Assembly: GCA_965263035.1 (NCBI GenBank)
Contig: OZ253580.1
Coordinates: forward strand, 160,001-224,000
DNA: 64,000 nt
Direction: 5' to 3'
Origin: Acidobacteriota bacterium
Lineage (GTDB): Bacteria > Acidobacteriota > UBA6911 > RPQK01 > JAJDTT01
In this document: positions 57,823-64,000 of the stretch, one piece after another
Position numbering within the stretch: the stretch's first letter is position 1
How the letters are laid out: every line of letters starts with the position of its first letter
Program-made: the position numbers and the translations under genes
The notes under the pieces: generated by a model
Databases searched by the model: none
Seen by the model: the letters and a program-made list of their open reading frames with translations, nothing else
Told to the model about the DNA's origin: nothing

Positions 57823-58733
57823 GAGAAAGATTGCAGGGGGTGATCGCCAACATTCCCATGTGCTTCACCTCCGACTGGAGCATGGACGAGACCGCCCTCC
57901 GGAACAATATTCGCGCCTACCGGAGCGAGGGCCTGGAGGCCATGTATCTGTTGGGGACCAGCGGCGAGCTCTTCAACGTTTCTCCGGACGAATACCGGCG
58001 AGCCGTGCGGATCTTCGTCGAGGAGGCGGGACCGGAGACCCTGAAGGTGGTGGGGGCGACCTCGGTGCGCCTGGGAGGGATCTTGGAAACCGTCACCTGG
58101 CTGGCTGAAGCCGGCGCCGACGCGGTCCTGGCCATCCCGCCCCACTTCATTCCCCTGAGCGCCGAGGAGCGGACCGGAGCGCTGCGGGCCATCGCCCGGG
58201 CCTGCCCTTCCCTGGGAATCGTCCACTACAACACCAACTACGCCCCGGAGGTGAAATTCGAGCCTCGTGAATACGCGACCCTGCTGGACGTGCCTAACCT
58301 CTGGGGCACAAAGCAGGGACAGTTGACCCAAGGATTCTGGGACGGGCTGCAGGAACACTCCAGCTCCCTGCGGCATCTCAGCCTGGACGACTGGATGGTC
58401 CCCTCCATGAAGCAGGGCGGGTACGGCGCCTTCTCCCTCCTCACCAGTCTGGTCCCCCGATTCGCCCAAGCCTGGTACCAAACCTGCAAGGCCCGGGAGT
58501 GGGAACGTGCGGAGGAGATGCAGGTGGAATTCGACCGCTGCATGGACCAGCTCTACTGGCCGTTGAGCCGGCGCGGTTACACCGACGTGGCCGTGGACAA
58601 GGCGCTGATCGAAGGCTTCGGTTTTCTCCGGTCCAGCGCCCCCCGGCCGCCGCTGAAGCCGGTTTCGGAACCGGACCAGGAGTGGGCCCGAGAATTGATC
58701 CGGAGCGAAGGATACTTCCGAAACTTCACCTGA
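57819..58733 (+). CDS. Dihydrodipicolinate synthase / N-acetylneuraminate lyase family aldolase
   Basis: LGTSGE, GADAVLAIPP, VHYN, WGTK (Schiff-base Lys). Confidence 0.88.
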   Translation: MRERLQGVIANIPMCFTSDWSMDETALRNNIRAYRSEGLEAMYLLGTSGELFNVSPDEYRRAVRIFVEEAGPETLKVVGATSVRLGGILETVTWLAEAGADAVLAIPPHFIPLSAEERTGALRAIARACPSLGIVHYNTNYAPEVKFEPREYATLLDVPNLWGTKQGQLTQGFWDGLQEHSSSLRHLSLDDWMVPSMKQGGYGAFSLLTSLVPRFAQAWYQTCKAREWERAEEMQVEFDRCMDQLYWPLSRRGYTDVAVDKALIEGFGFLRSSAPRPPLKPVSEPDQEWARELIRSEGYFRNFT

Positions 58734-58776
58734 TTTATCACAAAATAAAATGCATCAGACCATCAGGCAGGACTGA

Positions 58777-60303
58777 ATGAATCTCAATCCCATCGACATC
58801 CTGGTCATCATCGCCTACATGGGAAGCCTCTCTCTCATCGGGATCTACTTTTCGCGCCGCCAGAAATCCCGCGACGAGTACTTCCTGGGGGACCGGAAGG
58901 TCTTCTGGTTTCTGGCCGGAGGCAGCGTTCTGGCCACCATCCTCTCCACCATCAGCTACCTCTCGGTCCCGGGAGAGGTGATCCGCTACGGTTTCGCCTA
59001 CTGCTTCGGCCTGATCGTGGCGCCGCTGGTGATCCCCATCGTGAACCGGATCCTCATCCCCACCATCAAGGGGCTCGAGATCACCAGCGCCTACGAGTAC
59101 GTGGACCGGCGATTCGACCGGAGCACCGGCAACCTGGCCTCCACCCTGTTCGTCTTCCGCACCCTGATCTGGTCCGGGATCATCATCTATACGGCCAGCT
59201 TCGCCTTCTCCGAGATCTCGGGCCTGGGCCTGTTCACCACCATCATCCTGCTGGGGGTCATCACCACCTTCTACACCAGCGTGGGAGGCTTTCGCACCGT
59301 CATCTGGACCGACAACCTGCAGCTCTGGATCCTGCTGGCGGGCGCGCTCTCCATTCCAATATACGTCTACTATCTGGTGGGGACGGGACCGATGGGGTGG
59401 TGGGAGACCTTCTCCGAAGCGGGACGGGGCGAGATGCAGATCTTCAGCTTCGATCCCACGGTCCGAATTACCATCGTCGGCATCATGCTCAACATCCTAT
59501 TCTGGAATATCTGCGCCAACGGCGGCGATCAGGTGGCGATCCAACGGTATCTGTCGACCCCTTCCATAAAAGCGGCGCAGCGCTCGGTCTGGGTCTATGC
59601 CTGGTCCAACGTGGTGCTCTACACCACCCTGGCCGTCTGCGGCCTGGCCCTGTTCGCCTTTTACGCCCATATCTCCAACCTGCCGGTGGCCGAGTTTCAG
59701 GCCAAGATCGCTCCCGAGGGCGACCGGCTCATGCCGCGCTTCATCGCCCAGCAACTTCCCACCGGAGTATCCGGCCTGGTCATGGCGGCCCTGCTTTCGG
59801 CGGCCATGTCCAGCCTCAGCTCGGCCATCAACTCCATCTCCGGCGTCCTGACGACCCATTTCGCCGATCGGCGGAACGACTCCCGGCGGGGTCTCCTGCT
59901 GGACAAGGGCGTGGCCGCGGGGGCCGGCGTGTTGGGGATCGGAGTGGCCGTCATCATCGCCGTGGTCATGAGCCGGACGGACTGGAACATCCTGGACCTG
60001 AGCGGCCGGGTCAACGACGTCTTCGTGGGCCCCATCGCCGTCCTTTTTTTCGGCGGCATCCTGTTTCGCAGGGTCGGCCCCCAAGCGATCCTGCTGGGCT
60101 TTTTCCTGGCCGCGTCCGTTTCCCTGTTCGTCAGCTTCAGCAAGGAATGGTTCGGGATGGAGAAGGCCATCTCCTGGATGTGGGGAATTCCCTTCTCCTT
60201 CACCTTGGGCATGATCGTGGCGGGACTGGGCGGATTTTTCTTTCGCAGTCCTTCGCCTGACCGGATCCAGGGCCTCACCTATGGGGATCGAAGGGCGCCA
60301 TGA
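58777..60303 (+). CDS. Sodium:solute symporter
   Basis: EYFLGDR, SAYEYVDRRF, GGFRTVIWTD, DQVAIQRYL, SAAMSSLSSAINS. Confidence 0.93.
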   Translation: MNLNPIDILVIIAYMGSLSLIGIYFSRRQKSRDEYFLGDRKVFWFLAGGSVLATILSTISYLSVPGEVIRYGFAYCFGLIVAPLVIPIVNRILIPTIKGLEITSAYEYVDRRFDRSTGNLASTLFVFRTLIWSGIIIYTASFAFSEISGLGLFTTIILLGVITTFYTSVGGFRTVIWTDNLQLWILLAGALSIPIYVYYLVGTGPMGWWETFSEAGRGEMQIFSFDPTVRITIVGIMLNILFWNICANGGDQVAIQRYLSTPSIKAAQRSVWVYAWSNVVLYTTLAVCGLALFAFYAHISNLPVAEFQAKIAPEGDRLMPRFIAQQLPTGVSGLVMAALLSAAMSSLSSAINSISGVLTTHFADRRNDSRRGLLLDKGVAAGAGVLGIGVAVIIAVVMSRTDWNILDLSGRVNDVFVGPIAVLFFGGILFRRVGPQAILLGFFLAASVSLFVSFSKEWFGMEKAISWMWGIPFSFTLGMIVAGLGGFFFRSPSPDRIQGLTYGDRRAP

Positions 60304-61955
60304 AAATCGGCCCCTGCCTCCTGGTCCTCTTCCTGATTTCGTTCAGAGACGGACATCCAGGTACGGAGGCGGAAAGGAGTGTTCCTCGTTTCACCGACCT
60401 GACCCCGGAGGCGGGCATCGATTTCCACCACTACAACGGAGCCCGGGGCGGCTACCACCTGTTGGAAATCATGGGTTCAGGCGCCGCTCTCCTCGATTTC
60501 GACGGAGACGGCTATCTCGACCTGTTCGTCGTAGGCGGCAGCAGAATCCCGCCGGGCGACGCGGAGGAGTCCCGCGCCCGGCTCTACCGGAACCGGCGGG
60601 ACGGCACCTTTCGGGACGCGACCCGGGCCTCGAGTCTGCAGATTCGAACCTACGGGATGGGGGCGGCCGCCGGTGACTACGACAACGACGGCGACCCCGA
60701 CCTCTACGTCACCGGGTATCCCCGGAGCCAACTGTTCCAGAACCAGGGAAACGGCCGGTTTCGGGATGTCTCCCAAGAGGCCGGGGTCGAAAACTCGGGG
60801 CACTGGGGCTCCAGCGCCGGATTTTTCGACTACGACCGGGACGGTCTCCTGGATCTGTTCGTCTGCAACTACGTCGCCTACGATCCCGGCGAGGAGACGC
60901 CCTGTCACACGGCGGGCCGCAGGAATTACTGCCATCCCACGACCTTCGAGACCGATGCCAGCGTGCTGTACCGGAACCAGGGGAACGGCAGGTTCCAGGA
61001 CCGGAGCGAATCCAGTGGCATTGGCCGGGCCAGGGGCAAAGCCCTGGGGGTCGCCTTCACCGATCTGGAGCCGGACGGCTATCCGGATGTCTTCGTGGCC
61101 AACGACACGGTGGCCGATTTCCTCTTTCGGAACAATCGGGACGGCACCTTTCAGGAGGTCGGCTTCGACCAGGGGGTGGCTCTGGACGAGAACGGTCATC
61201 CGCGGGCCGGCATGGGGGTCGACTTCGGCGACTACGACGGAGACGGCCGGATGGATCTCATAGTGACCAACTTCGCCGACGAGGGGAACGCCCTCTTTCG
61301 CCGAGCCGGAACCTATTTCAACGAAGTCACCTACCAGTCGGGCATCCTGGAGAAGAGCTACGTCAAAGTGGGGTTCGGCGCCCGCTTCTTCGATTACGAC
61401 AACGACGGAGACCTGGATGCCTTCGTCGCCAACGGCCACATCGACCCCACCATCAATCAACTGCGGGACTACGTTTTCTTTCGCCAGGAGAACCTCCTGT
61501 ACGAGAATCGGGGAGGGAGTTTCCGGGAGTGCTCCCGGGAGGCCGGTGCCTGGTCCCAGGTCCGGGACCTGAGCCGGGGAGCCGCCTTTGGAGACCTGGA
61601 CAACGACGGAGACGTGGATATCGTGGTGACCAACAACGGCGGTCCGGTGAACCTGTTGCGGAACGACACGGTCAACCGGAACAATTGGCTTCTGATCCGG
61701 CTGGAGGGGGTCGAAAGCAACCGGGACGCACTGGGTGCTCGACTCCGGGTTCAAGTGGCCGGCCGGCAGCTGCACCGAGAGGTCCAACGGGCGGCCAGCT
61801 ACCTCTCCAGTCACGACCCCAGGGTGCACCTGGGACTGGGTGGCTCGGACCTGGCGGAGCTGGTGGAGATCCACTGGCCCTCGGGAATCCTCCAGAGCCT
61901 CCGTAACGTCAAGGCCAATCAGATCCTGACGGTTCGGGAGAAAGCCGTACCTTGA
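60300..61955 (+). CDS. CRTAC1-family (FG-GAP + ASPIC/UnbV) protein
   Basis: Multiple DYDNDGD.DL repeats, C-terminal SNRDALGARL...SYLSSHDPRVHLGLG. Confidence 0.93.
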   Translation: MKIGPCLLVLFLISFRDGHPGTEAERSVPRFTDLTPEAGIDFHHYNGARGGYHLLEIMGSGAALLDFDGDGYLDLFVVGGSRIPPGDAEESRARLYRNRRDGTFRDATRASSLQIRTYGMGAAAGDYDNDGDPDLYVTGYPRSQLFQNQGNGRFRDVSQEAGVENSGHWGSSAGFFDYDRDGLLDLFVCNYVAYDPGEETPCHTAGRRNYCHPTTFETDASVLYRNQGNGRFQDRSESSGIGRARGKALGVAFTDLEPDGYPDVFVANDTVADFLFRNNRDGTFQEVGFDQGVALDENGHPRAGMGVDFGDYDGDGRMDLIVTNFADEGNALFRRAGTYFNEVTYQSGILEKSYVKVGFGARFFDYDNDGDLDAFVANGHIDPTINQLRDYVFFRQENLLYENRGGSFRECSREAGAWSQVRDLSRGAAFGDLDNDGDVDIVVTNNGGPVNLLRNDTVNRNNWLLIRLEGVESNRDALGARLRVQVAGRQLHREVQRAASYLSSHDPRVHLGLGGSDLAELVEIHWPSGILQSLRNVKANQILTVREKAVP

Positions 61956-62056
61956 GTCGTCCGGGAGAGGCGGCTTTCTTGCCGCCGACTCTGGACGTTG
62001 CGCCGGGGAATGGGCGACAAGAAAGTCCCCCTCTAAAAGGGGAAGATGAACCGGCA

Positions 62057-62875
62057 ATGAAGAGGGTGCTCCAAAAAGCAGACCTGGTGGAGTTTCTGCG
62101 GGAAGGGGGCGTGGACCAGACCCGCCTCCTGATGATGCACAGCTCTCTTCACAGTCTGGGCCGCGTCGACGGCGGCGCCGAGACCGTGATCGACGCCGTG
62201 CTGGAGGTCCTGGGAGCGGACGGCACGCTGATGGTGCCCACCTTCAACTACGTTCTGGAGATGGAGGTCTTCGATCCCGCAACCGTACATTCCCAGACCG
62301 GCCTCATCACCAACACCCTGCGCCAGCGCCCGGAAGCGGTGCGAAGCCTCCATCCCACCTATTCGGTGGCCGCCATCGGCCGCCATGCCGACGAGTTCAC
62401 CCGGGAGCACTGGAAGGAGGAATCCGTGGGCATCGGCTCACCCTCTGACCGGATCGCCCGGGCCGGCGGCTTCATCCTGTTGTTGGGGGTCAAACACGAC
62501 ACCGACTCCACCATGCACGTGGGAGAGGCCTACGCCCAAGTCCCCTACCGGGGCGTTCCCTATGATCCCAACTTTCCCCGGAGCGCCCAGGTGCGGACGC
62601 CTTCCGGCGAAGTGGTGAAAGTGGACCTGAACGATGAGCCGGGCTGCAGCACCGGATTCGGCGTCATCGAGATGCCCCTCAGAAAGAAGGGCTTGATCCG
62701 GGACTTCAAGATCGAGGCCGCCAAGTGCCAGTTGGTGAGAGGCCTGGACGTCATCGAAACCACGGTGGAGATCCTCAATGAGCGGTCCGACGCCCTGCTC
62801 TGCGCCAACCCCGGCTGCTATTTCTGCACCCACGCCCGGAAAAAGACGGCACGGCATCCGAGATCGGGGAAATAG
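62057..62875 (+). CDS. AAC(3)/YokD-family N-acetyltransferase
   Basis: MHSSLHSLG.VDGG, GTLMVPTF, RSLHPTYSVAAIG, TMHVGE. Confidence 0.88.
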   Translation: MKRVLQKADLVEFLREGGVDQTRLLMMHSSLHSLGRVDGGAETVIDAVLEVLGADGTLMVPTFNYVLEMEVFDPATVHSQTGLITNTLRQRPEAVRSLHPTYSVAAIGRHADEFTREHWKEESVGIGSPSDRIARAGGFILLLGVKHDTDSTMHVGEAYAQVPYRGVPYDPNFPRSAQVRTPSGEVVKVDLNDEPGCSTGFGVIEMPLRKKGLIRDFKIEAAKCQLVRGLDVIETTVEILNERSDALLCANPGCYFCTHARKKTARHPRSGK

Positions 62876-62880
62876 CCGGG

Positions 62881-64000
62881 ATGGCGAATCGCGAACCCAT
62901 CCGGCCGAAGATCGTGACCCGTTTTCCGGAGTCCCATCGAAGGACCTTCCTGCAGACACTGGGACTGGCCATGGTTCCGTCCTGGGGTCCACTTCGGGCC
63001 CTTTCCGCTCCACCGCCGATTGAAACTTCTTCAACGAATTGGCTCACGCCGGTGGAGCACTTCTTCGTCCGGAGTCACCTGGGGACTCCCTTGATCGATA
63101 GAGAGGACTGGCGGCTTTCGGTGGAAGGAAATGTCCGCAGGCCCCGGAAATGGACCTGGTCAGAGCTCCGGGGGATGGAACAGAAATCCCGGACCGTCAC
63201 CGTGGAATGCGCCGAAAACCTGCCGGGAGGCCAGTTGGTGGGAAACGCCCGGTGGACCGGCATTCCCCTGGCCCGTCTGCTGGAGGAGGCCGGCGTCGAG
63301 CCCGAGGCCCGTGAGGTGGTCCTGGAGGGGGCCGACCGGGGTCTGGACGAGTTGGAGATGATCCCCGTGACCTATGTGCGAAGCCTGCCTCTGGAGGAAG
63401 CCGTGGCCGCCGGAACGCTGGTGGCACTGGAGATGAACGGCCAGCCCCTGACGCCGGAACACGGCCATCCGGCACGGGCCATTGTCCCCGGCTGGTATGG
63501 GATGGCCCACGTCAAGTGGCTCACCCGGATCCGGGTGGTAGCGGAACCGTTTCGAGGTTTCTACATGTCCAAGCGCTACTTCACGGCCCGGCGCCATCCC
63601 AACACCGGCGAACCGGTCGTGACACCGGTGACGCGCATGGGCATCAAGTCCCAGATTGACTGGCCAAAAGAAGGTGAGACCCTGAGTCCCGGTCCCACCG
63701 TCGTGCGGGGGCGGGCGTGGGCCGGCTGCCGGACCATCGAGAGAGTCGAGGTCAGCAGCGGCGGAGGCAGGTCATGGACCCGGACCCAATTGCAGGACAC
63801 TCGCCCACCCTGCGCCTGGGTCCATTGGTCTCACACCTGGGAGCCTCCCCGGACCGGACCGTACGTGCTACAGGTCCGCGCCTTCGACAGCCGGGGCGAA
63901 ACCCAACCTGCACAGGAAGACCTGGGCCGGATCAACCGTTACGACAACCGGTGGATCCACACGGTCCGTTGTGCGATCAGGCGCCCGGTCTCCGCGGCAA
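62881..64000 (+). CDS. Sulfite-oxidase-family molybdopterin enzyme with Tat signal (runs off window)
   Basis: Own translation: SHRRTFLQ, TPVEHFFVRSH, TVECAEN, GNARWTG, HGHPARAIVPGWYGMAHVKWL. No stop before 64000. Confidence 0.88.
   Translation, partial: MANREPIRPKIVTRFPESHRRTFLQTLGLAMVPSWGPLRALSAPPPIETSSTNWLTPVEHFFVRSHLGTPLIDREDWRLSVEGNVRRPRKWTWSELRGMEQKSRTVTVECAENLPGGQLVGNARWTGIPLARLLEEAGVEPEAREVVLEGADRGLDELEMIPVTYVRSLPLEEAVAAGTLVALEMNGQPLTPEHGHPARAIVPGWYGMAHVKWLTRIRVVAEPFRGFYMSKRYFTARRHPNTGEPVVTPVTRMGIKSQIDWPKEGETLSPGPTVVRGRAWAGCRTIERVEVSSGGGRSWTRTQLQDTRPPCAWVHWSHTWEPPRTGPYVLQVRAFDSRGETQPAQEDLGRINRYDNRWIHTVRCAIRRPVSAA

Noticed and set aside
62057-62875. AAC(3)-family gene as a bona fide aminoglycoside resistance gene
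   Set aside because: The family includes many non-resistance YokD-like enzymes. The context is metabolic and substrate cannot be read from the sequence.

Overview
This is a GC-rich bacterial chromosome segment. A GWxTD protein, a CRTAC1/ASPIC-UnbV protein, a multiheme-TPR protein and a PKD-OmpA lipoprotein suggest Acidobacteriota (inference). Bases 1-7.9 kb look like a decayed island ending at the 3' end of tRNA-Ser(CGA). It holds remnants of repA, hsdS, immA/irrE, an integrase, a helicase and a portal-like gene, a broken IS630, an intact HEPN-like gene, and a CIRCE-controlled groESL operon. The middle is mostly housekeeping and cofactor genes (dnaX-ybaB-recR, tadA, larA, moaA, tkt, folB, two A-type Fe-S carriers, mqnD). 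It also has a DUF4011-helicase-Vsr-DUF3320 (Hhe-like) defence gene and an rrf2-cysM-JAB-(ubiquitin-like::MoeB::rhodanese) sulfur-relay operon. The right end is a catabolic and envelope cluster. The main structure not explained by the ORF track is three MITE families. Family A (159 bp, 5 copies) has the same termini and CTAG-type target duplication as a complete IS1182-family element in the window. Family B (158-159 bp, 3 copies) includes one copy inserted in frame in a gene. Family C (109 bp) has one copy. Several elements are stacked on single CTAG sites. All protein family calls come from motif recognition, not database searches.
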